A stretch of 60,804 nt of DNA, filler included, from Sphacelaria rigidula (taxonomy: Eukaryota), in the NCBI GenBank assembly GCA_964200075.2. It is 10 parts of 10 records of this genome, joined end to end, with 100 filler letters (N's around TTAATTAATTAA, not from the genome) between each part and the next. Parts side by side here need not be neighbours in the genome. Positions count along the whole stretch, not along the records: positions 36,545 to 42,534 come from CAXNAA020022974.1; positions 42,635 to 48,624 come from CAXNAA020022975.1; positions 48,725 to 54,714 come from CAXNAA020022976.1; 7 more parts are not named here. One strand, given 5' to 3'. Positions 38,282-50,144 of this stretch are shown in pieces. The stretch's first letter is position 1, and each line of letters starts with the position of its first letter. Under the pieces are notes generated by a model. The model worked only from the letters and a program-made list of their open reading frames with translations, did not search any database and was not told the origin of the DNA. A program made the position numbers and the translations under genes.

Positions 38282-38928
38282 GTGAAGGTTGTGAACTTTC
38301 GATGCGTCTTCGTCTGCTACTGGTTGTACGGAATATTTGTGCTGACTCCGAATATGGCGTTGTAAAAAAAATTCGTTCAGAAGATGGCCAATGACAGACG
38401 GGTCGAACGGTTCTTTTGCGTCGTGGAAACAATCAATGTGCGAAACCGCTAAAACGGTAAATTACTGACCGGCCTGTGCGGTGCGCAGATTACGGCAAGA
38501 AGTATCGTTTGATCCACCGTGGTGGAATCCATGGGCATGGACCAAATGGCAGTTGTATTTGCGTCGTGTTATTGGTGCGGCTCGGGAACGCCCCCACAGC
38601 ACTGAGTACCGGCGAAAGCGGCGTGGTGGGATAAAAAAGTATATACCCGAGAGCATTCGATCCCGCTCGGCAGCGATGAACAACAGCAGCAACGAAAGCT
38701 CGGGTGCGTCAGAACCTTGTTCTGAAGAGGCACGTCCGTGGAACCATTCTGTACGACCCGCACTGTAAATCGCAGTAGCATTTCCGATTGAAACTTTTAG
38801 CCCAAGAAACGAGTGAACTGATAATATTAAGGTTCTTACCCTTCCAAGCACTTGGCGAATTTGTCATACAAGGTGCGGACTATGTACCATCAGTTTTCTC
38901 TTGTTATCTGCTCGTTATCATCGTGCAG

Positions 38929-39072
38929 GAGAGGCGAAGACAGGCTTTGCACGTTGTGGAGGACGCGGCGGAAGTGAGACTGTCGAAGCTTGCAGATGAA
39001 GCCCTGAACGATCCGAGCACGCAGAAAACTGTGATCACTGCTCTTGCGAGGACCTTGTACAACCTTATGCAG
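38929..39072 (+). CDS. Putative exon (48 codons) of unknown helical protein
   Basis: Pyrimidine tract + GTGCAG| acceptor, CAG|GTAC donor, ERRRQALHVVEDAAEVRLSKLADEALNDPSTQKTVITALARTLYNLMQ; phase-compatible with 38049-38281. Confidence 0.45.
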
Positions 39073-42000
39073 GTACTCCACACTTGAGGGGGCTTTCCGA
39101 AACCCAATGTGCGCAAATTGTATCTCCCTACACCGAAAACAGACGTGAGTGTTGGCGGAGCTCAAAGATCAAGTCCCTACTCGGAATCAGTGACGAACAT
39201 TTTGCACCCTCTCGTACATACTTGCAACTACCCTCTCGTTTTTGAACTACATCTCGACTTATTAGGTTCTTAGTATTGTGGGTTCTACATATCGCTCAAG
39301 TGCACTGCTACCTCCATCGAAGTATGCGAAATCGATGCAGAGTATCTTCGCTCAAGTCAGGTCGTGAATTCGTCGAGCATGGGAACCGATGTACCTCGTA
39401 CCCGACCCTTGACTCATCGCTAACCCTGACACACACCAGGATGCCGTGGATGGCGAATTCAATCTGTGCAAGCTGCCGAAGCGCTTTGTAATCCGAAAGC
39501 AGTCCTCAGCTTCCAAAACTGTCACTCCTGCAGCACCAACAAAGGGAGCAGCTACCCTTGTTCGCGGTACTTGCACCAGGAAACGGTCGCCACAAGAGGG
39601 TGTTGCTTACTGAGCACAGCTGTCTTCGAACATGAAACGTGACCCATGATATTGCTTGCAAGTACCGAGATGTGCATGCATTCCGGCGTCATGGCGTCAT
39701 GGGGAAGGCTGCCGGCGTGGGCGCCAATTTCTGGAAAAAATGATGGATTCACCCGTAGTATCACCGTTCATAGCAACTGATAATAATGCCTACAGCCACC
39801 CTTAGTTCACCTGACTTACTGCTTTATCGAGGATAAGAAGCAGGGTGGAATACAGTAGATCGCATATAAATTTGTAGTCATGTTTTGGGGCGATTGATAT
39901 TCTCCAACGATCCCTGCGCTTTTGCTTATGTTTGTATTTCAAGCCTTTGGTATAACTAATGCCTTCGACACCGCGCGTGCAGCCGGATTTAAATATAGGG
40001 TCAACGTTATTCTTGAAGCCGTCGCGCCCGGGTGGTCTAGCTGTACATCTTTGAAAGTAGGGTACAGAGTTCTATATTCAGCGAATAGAGATACCTCTCT
40101 ACGTTTTACTGACATGTACCTGATTTTCGTCGTCGAGAAGGTGAGGTCATGAGGAGTGGCACAGGAAACTTGGTGGAGAAAGTCGACGCGGTGTGGGATT
40201 GCTAATCTAGTCCGTGATACCAAAATGCTAAAATAATATGTGTTCGAGGAGAGACGGGTGGTTCACCTGCGACTGCGGACTCGTTCCGAGGAAAAGAAAG
40301 GGTTACTGCTATGACGACAAAGACAACAACTAAAAGGAGGTGCTCGGCCGTAGGAACATGAACAACCAGGGCATTAGAATCTTCCCCGGTGAAAGTCCAC
40401 GCACAACAGCCTGCCGGGATGCGAATTTCCGAATCCGTTTCAGCACACGTGTTCGGGACATGCTATTATCACATATTTTCAATACAATTTGTGTTTCGTT
40501 CAATTTTGCTATCTTGTTCTTCTGCGGTCTCCGAAGTGGAAGCCATTCGGCAGGGTACGCCATGCCTCTTGTTTTTCTTGTTCTCACGTCACTGTGTTTT
40601 TTCGTTATTGTCCTCGCTCTTGCATTCTTCCCCTTTCTCAGCGGGTGTCCAGTTTTCCCACTTGGGTACATTATGTGTCATGCCGAACCGAAGACTGGAT
40701 TTGCAGCGGATCGGTTTTTGTACGACAATCAACCTCTGAACCGACTCAATTCCCGTATAAACGAGCGTCCTCTGAACCGTGCGTGCCGTTGGTTTTGGCA
40801 GTTGTGGCGTTAGCAGACTAAATCGTTGACATTTGCCCGAGGAACACTAAAGGTCAGGGTGTTGGAAGTTCCATCACCGCACCTTTCGATAAACGCGTAT
40901 GCCTAGATTTGAGGGGCCCCAGTCCTCGTATTCTCCTTGTTTGCGAAATTGTGATATAGATGGAGCATAGCTAATGCGTTGGCTAGAGTCTCTCAGTATG
41001 AGCACCAGGAGATACCGTGGTTCCAGCTCACCAAGCTCCCAACGTCGGCACGACTGTGATGGTCGAGGCTCAGGGTGGGTATACCAAGCTCGTGAGACGT
41101 AGGCTGGGGGTGGTGAAACACCAGCGGCCAGCACAGTCGATAATGCAGGCAAGCAGATGGGTTGCACCGAAGGCTCACGAGGGAGTTCGGTTCAGACAGC
41201 ACTGCATGCATCATGCAAAACACAGACTCACTTTAGCGTGCAGAGAAGTGCTATTGACTTGCGTGCAAGCGAGATGTCTCCACGTGGTTGGCTGATAGTT
41301 TTTTCATTAGGCGCTACTACTGGGTAGCTAAGCGACGGTTGCTAGGTAGCTCGAAGTTGTGAGGGGCCAGGGGCCGGGGGCGGAGCATGCCAAACTGGAA
41401 CAAAATACCAATATGCCAATGGAATACAACCTATTGCACATGCCACACGTACTTCGAAACGCCTACTACATATATAGCCGATATCCGCCGCAACACCCCC
41501 CTGCCTTGCTCTGTGCACGCTACTAACACGAGGTAAGGAAGGTCACAGCTCAACTCCATTCCGGAGGTAGTTCACTCTAATCTGTATGCTATCAGCCTAA
41601 TATCACGGCGACGACGAGGAAATCGCAGAATTTCGGGGCGAGGGTTAACCGCGGGAAAAACTCGTCATGAAATCGGAAATATGGGCAAACCCTGGCATTC
41701 AGGAAAAAGTCTCATCGCTTGGGGAAAACAATTTCTCACGCCTTTCAGATCATAGCGACTGCTCCCACATGTGCCATGTCTTCCCGAGATCCCAGTTAGA
41801 CTGGGGAATAGATATCACCGAAAGTAGAATGAGACTATTTTCAAATAGTAACGGCGCTTAGACGCCCCTGATTGGTTACACCAATCCTGGGTAGCGTGAG
41901 ACTCGCAAGCTGACTCACTAAAAACAACCCCAAGAAAACAGTTACTGGTTGATGAGAGCGCTGTACGATTTTCTCCTATCGACCAGCACTCGCTACCCTA

Positions 42001-43791
42001 ATGGACACTGGGGGAATACATGGTAGATGAACAGTTCAGTCACAATACAGTGTCCTAGCAGGTACTCGGCACCCACCCTCTTGTGTAATACGCTTGCATG
42101 AACATTTCTACATGGGAAGGGTGGAGTGCCCTGAAGCAGGATCAACGTTCGCCGAGGACGAACGAACGCGATGAACGGGTCGGGTACCTGAAACAAAGGG
42201 TAGGATCAGGTCTCACAAAACCAAGAAAACAAAACGGATAAATAATTCCCACGGAATGCAAAGCCGGAAAAAAGAAAGAAGAGAGGGGCAAGACTGACCC
42301 CGCGTAAAAAAAAGAAAGGAGAAGAGAAACCACAAAATAGTGCTAGAGGAACAAAGAACAGAGGATTCTATAATATGAGGTTCATCAATGAAATGAGGTT
42401 TGAAGACCCTAGCCGTTGAATGACGAAAAGCCCTCAGGAGTACCGCACGACACTGCTGATGCGCAATTTTTAGGTGGAGTAGGAAGTGCGTCCGTGGTTT
42501 CACATGCCGCCCATCCCTGGTTAGCTGCGGGCGANNNNNNNNNNNNNNNNNNNNNNNNNNNNNNNNNNNNNNNNNNNNTTAATTAATTAANNNNNNNNNN
42601 NNNNNNNNNNNNNNNNNNNNNNNNNNNNNNNNNNCTCTATGTATACCACGGTATGGGATACCCCGGTAAATACCGGGGGTACGCTCGGTATGGTACCTTA
42701 CCTACGGTGCCTGTGACCACTACCACTACAGGCTGGACCGCTCACCTTCCTTCAGCCCGTTCTAACTGGCGATGCATCGAGAGTTGTGCCTACCATGACA
42801 TATCGTGGTAATCTGCAAATCAACACGCGTCTTTCACTTTACGCAGCACTGCGATTTGACAAGTTCCCATAAGAGTAAATATCAAAATGTTGTCAGCAGC
42901 GAAGTGTAGAGAGTTGAGGGTGACATTTGCGGCGGAATTAGGGGGGAAAACGGCTGAAATGGCATTTTCGGTCACAGTCGGTTGTGCCGAGGCCGCGAAA
43001 AAATGGTGTTGCACAAGTTCACAAGTTGTGGTTTCACGACAATACATGTCGTACTGTAGGCGCGCAGTGTCTGAGATGGCACGCAGACAAGACCTCTAGC
43101 GCGCCAAGGCGTCTGGTGGTAGCGTGCGAACCGGTGAGCAGTGGATGAAAAAAACTTGTAGGAAACGTCGAAGTTCCGGCTGAGGTTGTTGTAGTCCAAA
43201 AGCAAGTCAACCGGTTCTTAACAGCGCGGTTGCGCTGGTCAATTTCGAGTCGTTTGCTATGAAATCTTGACAAGTATGTACATGAGGTATGTGTGAAGCC
43301 CCTATCGCTCCCCTTCGTTTCTTTCATTCTCTTGATGAGTTATTGGTGATCGAAAATTCGGAACAATTTATTTCGGTACAAAACCGTCGGTACCACCTTG
43401 AAAAAAACAACAACAAGGGGCGACAGTAAGGTCTTCACAACAAGGGGCGACCTCGTGCACATCGTTTAAAAAAATCGTCGAAAAAGACTTGAAATTGAAC
43501 AGCATAACCTGGTTTGCCTAGTTTATCCATACGCATAGCCGTCCTCTCAGAGGTCCAAGGATAGGCTTCTTATTTCTTCTTTTCTTGTCACCGTTTTCGG
43601 GGGGTTTTTTGGTTTTGTTTTGTTTTGTTTTTCTTGTATCGCGTCTGTGTGAAATTTTAGTGGGTCCCATTTTATTTCCTGAATTTATTTTTACCCTAAC
43701 ATAGGGTGGTAGCCTGTGACCACGGAAGACCGCCGAGTCAGATGCCCAGTACAGTAATGCGCAGATACCGGAACGACTTTTTAATGTGAAG

Positions 43792-43843
<52 letters not shown>
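43792..43843. repeat. (ACA)n microsatellite
   Basis: Perfect trinucleotide run. Confidence 0.97.
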
Positions 43844-43844
<1 letters not shown>

Positions 43845-44895
43845 AACCGCGTTTCATTTTTTCGTGGCCGGTCCATTTTCACGTGGGGACCGGTCTTCGA
43901 CACGAACACGTGTTTATGCAGCGGAATGTTGGGTCGTTTTCTACGAAACTTTGACTCAATGTACAGGAGGTTTGTACGTAGACACCATCATGTTCCCCCT
44001 GCATGTTTGCTTTTTTCTCCGTGAGCTTTTAGCGACTGAACATTTCAAAATAGTTTTTCGGAAGTAAATCGTAAATAACTCACGAAAAAAAGTAAGGGGC
44101 AGATGATGGAGTCTTCGCACATACGTGTTGTACATCGTGTCAAAAATTCATCGAAAACGGCCCAAAATTGAGCTGCATAATCGCGTGTTCACATCCCTGT
44201 CCGCGTCTTGGGCGGCCCAGCCTGTACTGCTGCAACTTCTACTGTAGCTGCAACTACTGTACCACAACTACTACTACTACTATTAACACCACCACCACCA
44301 CATCAACAACACCGACAACCAAAGACAAACATGAGCAACAAACGAAAAAGACCAACAACACATAACACACAACACATCAACGCACAAACCAGTTGATCGA
44401 ATCACCAGTAACGCGGGAGTGCGCCTTCTACACCCCATCCCCCCCTGAAATAAAATACGAACAAACTGCAACATGAACGATTCAAACGTCACGAGACAGA
44501 CGGGACCTACTAGTGAAATTTTTCGTGAGCTCTCCGTACAGAATCATCAAAAAAAATCTCCAGGACCAACGCTGCGTTGGGTCACAAGTTGTGATCCGAT
44601 CATGAAGGTGAAAAATGGACCAAGACAAACGGCAGCCGAGCCCTGAGCGTTGCAGGCTGAAGACACAAAACCTGGGTGTGACTGTAGACGACCGACTTCA
44701 GCAACAAAGTTGAGCCACATTCGGTCTACCCTCTCGACTCACATTCGGCCTACCCTTCCTGACACAGTCGGAAGAGGAGGACGGGGGCAACATACTCCTT
44801 GTTTGCCCATCAATCCCTTTACGTACAGCACCTTCATCAAATACAAAGCCTTGGCTGCTGGACGCTCGAGAAGTAAAGTAGGATGGAAGAGGTAC

Positions 44896-45086
44896 CTGTT
44901 CAGTGAGCTCGCACATGGGGCGGTTGCCCGACCACATCTCCACCGCCTCTCGCAATTGCACTCCCGTCAGGTGCAGCCCCGAGCTGAGGAACAAAGTGCG
45001 GGCCAGGTACGTGCCCATGTCCGCCCCGAGGGTGCTGTACTTGAGGCCCTTGATGAGTCCGTACCTCAGGATCATGTGCGGGGGTT
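44896..45086 (-). CDS. MTK: 5-methylthioribose kinase, internal exon (191 nt)
   Basis: (E)PPHMILRYGLIKGLKYSTLGADMGTYLARTLFLSS...WSGNRPMCELTEQ matches the MtnK/plant MTK motif EPPHIILRKGLI...TLFFTS...GN.ELC.LTEQV; CCCAG| acceptor, CAG|GTAC donor; phase fits the upstream exon. Confidence 0.92.
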
Positions 45087-46846
45087 CTGGGCAAGCAAAT
45101 GGGCGTGGAATAGATGTGCCGGGACACAGAAGTGCGCATTCAACTGATATCCATCAAATCGTTGACTCTGTCAAGGGCGGACAGGAACGAACACCAGCAT
45201 CAGGCACTGTCCCCGTGGACGACGCACGAACAGCACGAGCTCACTCAATAACGAGAACTCCGTGCACGGAAACCACCGCTGTTCGATGGTCGAACATGGT
45301 CATCATCCACAGACTAGGATCTACTTCTCACAGTGCCCAGCAGGTTGAAAAGCAGTGATCCACGACTCCACCCTTGGAAGGGACACTACACCAAAGCTAG
45401 GGATATTATACGTCCGGCGCGATCAACATACGAATACGTACTCCTTTCTCTTTCTCGCAACAGTTTGTCTTTTTGCTGTAGTACTCGAGACAGTCTTCCA
45501 TCGCGAGCGCTTCCATTTCTTTACCTTTGGAACGTCCATCTTGGGGTCGCGATTGGATCCGCCGCGTATATTTTCATTATGTTACTCAAACAATCTATCA
45601 AACACCAACATACTCAAACAACCAGTCAATGAGTAAATGATGATCCGTGAAATCACTGATCACGGATGTAGATACCACGTAATTAGCGATCATGTTCCAA
45701 CACCACATGGATGCAACAGAAACACTCGTGAGATGCAGCGTGCTGAGCGAAACGCCCCATGCCTATGAGATACGTGTGCCAAATTGTGAAGGCAATATCC
45801 AAATACACCTTATGTACAACATATACTAGAGCAGCTTTGTATGAACTTATCGCGTATATGAGGCTTACAACGAGATGGTGGCGACATCTTCCATGCACGG
45901 ATCATCACGATTGAAGATAATTTTAAACGGGTCGAATTTTCTACTTCTTTATACTTCGCAATCTTGATTCATGGTGAAAGTTCGATCCCAAGGTTCGGGA
46001 ATCAGGAGGCACGAGCATCCACTCCGCATTCCGAAAAGGGCGATTTCGGCACTCGATATTGAACCAATTACGGGCTGACCGGTTCTCGAGGGTCCAGCGA
46101 CCTCACAACCTCAGGTTTTGATCAAAGTGCTTTTGCTCGATTGAAGCAAACGATGGTTGTCGTGAATAAACCTATAAATCTTCTTCTGAGTTTTCATCAA
46201 GTCGTTGCGCTAAAGCCGAAAGACTGTATTTTTTGGACCAGTGATTGTCAATAACACCCCCCCATGCACTATGCCTTTCTCCGTACCACCCCGACAGCAT
46301 AAACTTGAGGATTGTGTCCTGAGCACAACCTACTTCTTTTCTTGATATATATATGTATATATATATATATGTACTGTATCGACTCTAGCACTTCCAGTGC
46401 CAAGAAAGAATACTATGCGAGAAATTTCCAAGAGAATGCCCTGCTAGGAACGGGGGGTGTCATCGACCGCTTTTGGTCCGAAACATGTTTCTTGAGAGCT
46501 CTAGCGCGATAAATACATAGCACTCCAAACAGAATAGGCGTGTACAATATTTGATGAAAACGATAGGGAATGGCTGAAGCTCCTTGAACATACACAACTT
46601 ATTCAGGCAATTTCCGCTTGGGCTTCTTTTTTTTTTCCGTAGTATTCTTCCTTAGCACTCCGAAGTGCTTGAGTCGGTAGATATTGGGAAAAGAGGCAAA
46701 TCGTGCTTAGGACACAATCACAAAACTTTCAAATTCGCCTACTACGGAAAAATTACAAAATTTGCCCTGTCCAGGCGGTAGCTACGGTAGGAACATACAC
46801 ACGGCCAAACGTATCTCAAGATTTGGGCATGTAACATTTGACTCAC

Positions 46847-46982
46847 CAATGTAGCGCATGATAATGGTAGCCATGTTCCTGTCTGCGTGGAAGACCTCGG
46901 GGCTGTGCTGTGGGCATCTCTTGTTGGTGGACACTAAGGCCTGGCTCTCATAGTATGCGCGATCTAGCGTAAGCGGCCAAGA
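46847..46982 (-). CDS. MTK: 5-methylthioribose kinase, internal exon (136 nt)
   Basis: SWPLTLDRAYYESQAL...CPQHSPEVFHADRNMATIIMRYI matches the MTK motif SWP.T.ERA.FE...P.HVPEVYHFD..MALI.MRYL; TGCAG| acceptor, G|GTGAGT donor; splicing gives MRYIEPPH. Confidence 0.92.
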
Positions 46983-48221
46983 CTGCACCAGCAGCCAGGA
47001 TAAATTAGGGGGAAACCGAAGAGGGGTGCTTGTTGTCATTGTAAGTGGAGGACCGGGGGTGAGGCGACAAGCCTCGCCGTGGCCCGAGCTGACCGCTTCA
47101 CGTCATCTTGCATCGTCAGTGCATGGATACAATTCGTCATGGGAGATGGAGGGGGGGGGGGGGGGGTACCCTTCAGCTATATGAAGGCAGCAAAGCGAAG
47201 CAACACAAGGTGACCCGAAAAATGAATGGTCTGATTTTGACAAGACGCACGTTGTGTAGAGGACAAAAGAGGCAAGTTTGCTTATTCATAACGCCGACCA
47301 TAATACATACATTTGGCGATGCTGCTGTTCCTTGCTCCTTCAGATGAAAACACGGTACAGTAGTGAAACGTGAGTAACTTAGGTCGCAATGCATAAATAT
47401 TAGGGCTGCGAATTGGACCAGCTTGTACGGCGATTGAACTGGAACTGGTGATGAGGACTCAAGTTCATCCAGTTTATTTCAAGTTTGTCGTTACCGGCTA
47501 TGGTTATACCAATTTTAGTATCATGAGTTTATAACAGAGATGCTTACATTATTACGAACAAGATGACAGTAGAATTGGGACCTGCACATTACAGCAGTAC
47601 AAGTACAACCAATACTCGTGGCAAGTGCTGGGCCAGCCTAGAAGCGGATTTGTAGTTTGCAGGCCCATTCGCAATTTATAGTACTGGGCGCCTGATCTAC
47701 TTTTGTTCGCAAGGGTTTTTTCTCGCGACTACTCTTCGATATAACTCGAAACTGGGAGTGTCGGTAGATTTTGGTACAATGAACAGATCGTCTCCCTCCC
47801 CTCAGGGCCCAAGTCAGAGTCAGTTGGTGTTATCCAGCGATACGAGTAGATACCGCGCTCATCAGGAGGGTCTTATTGACCGTGAAACACAGCTTTTCGG
47901 CTCTAGTGCAATGAGTGGGTAGCATTTCAAAAAAAAAAACTTACATTTCTTCACAGATACGATCGGGACAGGCTGGATCGACCAAAATATCGGAGAGTCA
48001 GAATCTGGGCTGAAACGTGGCAGGATCCCCGATGACCTATCAGCCTGTACGTCACTCAGTATCGAATACATGTGAGATTTTTTTTCTAAGAATGTGAAGC
48101 GGATACAAGTATCTTCAGATCCTCAATGTGATGAGCAGTGGCAAGCGAGAGAACCCAGCAAAATCGCCGACTACGAAGAAACTTCAGTATGATTAGTTCA
48201 GGCGTCCGGTACTGTGATATT

Positions 48222-48438
48222 TAGAGTTGCACCCTAAAATTTGTTATGGACAACGAATAGGGCCAAATGAAAAAAATTATGCATGGACCCAGAGATATCT
48301 TTTCCATGATTTAGCGGCATTTTACGGATACATACCAAGTGATTGTTGCCTTCAACTCATGAAAAAAAACTATTCGAATCCATGCATAACTCTTTTCATC
48401 ATGACCTATTCGTTGTCCATACCAAATTTTAGACTCTA
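48222..48438. mobile_element. MITE with ~55-bp imperfect TIRs
   Basis: TAAAATTTGTTATGGACAACGAATAGG...TTATGCATGGA versus TCCATGCATAA...CCTATTCGTTGTCCATACCAAATTTTA. Confidence 0.75.
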
Positions 48439-48603
48439 AGGCCGGATGTTATGGCACACAAATTTTTGGCACATGGATTGTTCACCTTTACGACGTTTGC
48501 GCCATTTTTTGACCACCAGGGAAAATCGCCAACACACGTCTTGGACACTTTGCATCACCCCACAGAGAGGAGCCTAGCCCGCTTGTCAGATTAGCTTGGC
48601 TCC
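48439..48603 (+). repeat. Dispersed repeat at contig end (second copy 60636-60804)
   Basis: AGGCC.GAT.TTATGGCACACA.ATTTTTGGC.CATGGATTGTTCAC...TTGCATCACCCCACAGAGAGGAGCC...GCTTGGCTCC in both contigs. Confidence 0.85.
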
Positions 48604-48825
48604 AACGCTTCGAGAGCGGCCACTNNNNNNNNNNNNNNNNNNNNNNNNNNNNNNNNNNNNNNNNNNNNTTAATTAATTAANNNNNNNNNNNNNNNNNNNN
48701 NNNNNNNNNNNNNNNNNNNNNNNNAAATGGACACAATCCCGGGGAGCGGTTGATTCTCATTTCAAAATACGTTCTCATTTTTCTGGCAACCCTGTTACAT
48801 GATGTAGTACGCCGACTGGAGGAGT

Positions 48826-49720
48826 TCGACCGCGTGAGCTTCTGTGGGAAATGCTTCCCCGTTTAGGAGTCCCGCCGCAGATGATCAAGATCATCCGTAT
48901 CTTCCACATTATGACGCGTGAACTCGGTGATTCCATGTCTGCCAGAAACTTCGACAAGGATGCGTTTTGTCCGCGTAACGGCTCAAAATTTCCGCGCAGC
49001 ATTGCTCGACATCATCTTACACCGTTTTCGGCAGATCCAGTCATCGCCTACCACCTGATATATTCAGATCATGCGCCAAAAAGTGAGGATGGTAAACCCA
49101 TGGAAGAGACACCGCTGGAGAGGGTGCAACGCGTAGTATGGGGTTCGCTGTGCGCGGATGACGCAGGTATAGGAGTCGAGGTCCCCAGACGGGGGTGCTA
49201 GGACGATGGCTGTGATAGCGGTGGCCCGACATTGTTTCGGACTATCGGTATCATAAAACAAGACAGCGGCCATACGCCTGTGGCCAGTATCCAGTTCCCC
49301 AGAGATTTCAACGCACAGAAAGGCGGCACGTTCAAGGTACAAGCACACAACCGAGTTTGTCTGCCTGGGTGGTATCAGCGCGGACGCGAACATTTCCATA
49401 AAAATCTAGCGCCGCATCAGCGCTGCGTGGGTACGTCTCCGGAGTGTACTCCCCAACTGTACTGTCGGTCTAATGCTTAACGTTCTCAGAAAATCGGCCT
49501 GCTCAAAGCGGAGGTAGTGGAAGCGATGCTGTACGAATGTGTGACGTGGATGCTGCACCCCGAGGTCATCGAGAACCTCCACACTGCCGACCACAGGCCA
49601 TTTACTAAGAGCAGGTAGCTATGGCAGGAAGGATCGCACTGGGCACAAGCTTCTTTCGTGCAGAACTGTGCTCATGACCAACTGCGAGCGTATTGAGACG
49701 ATCAACCGCAAGCATCAGGT
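48826..49720 (+). mobile_element. Decayed non-LTR retrotransposon (RTE-like) reverse transcriptase fragment
   Basis: RELLWEMLPRLGVPPQMIKIIRIFH; VWGSLCADDAG (YADD site mutated); LKIGLLKAEVVEAMLYECVTW; several frameshifts and deletions. Confidence 0.85.
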
Positions 49721-49885
49721 TTGAGGGGTGGGGTAGTTCTAAGGTTGTGAGCGACCCGCCCAGGTGGGGGCTTATCAGGAATGTCGTGTACCATACATTC
49801 TATTTTGTTCTCAATAAAGTGGATTCCCACGAGAAGGAATAGGTGAAGAGAACCAAGGCGAATATCAATGACGCTAGTGACGTGG

Positions 49886-50144
49886 GAGTGATGCTACGGT
49901 AGGGGTGCACAAATATTTTCTGAGGTTAGAATTGTTAAGAGCCCTTGATCTCATGCAAAACACTACTTATGAAAATATGTAAAAGTACGCCAGGATTACT
50001 ACTCCAATGTGCTGGGGATATCCCCAATGAATTTGCAAAGGGGGATGCCCTGACCCATATTCTTGTGTATCTAGAATCGTTAGGAGCCCCTGAACTAGAC
50101 AATATCTCGCGAAAAAAGTGTACCCCTACCGTAGCATTGCTCGT
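49886..50144. mobile_element. MITE family with TIR GAGT.ATGCTACG.TAGGGG (second full copy 51068-51328; lone ends near 89-115, 12291-12312, 53076-53104)
   Basis: GAGTGATGCTACGGTAGGGGTGCAC...GTGTACCCCTACCGTAGCATTGCTC; GAGTCATGCTACGATAGGGG...CCCCTATCGTAGCACGACTCG|TA. Confidence 0.78.
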
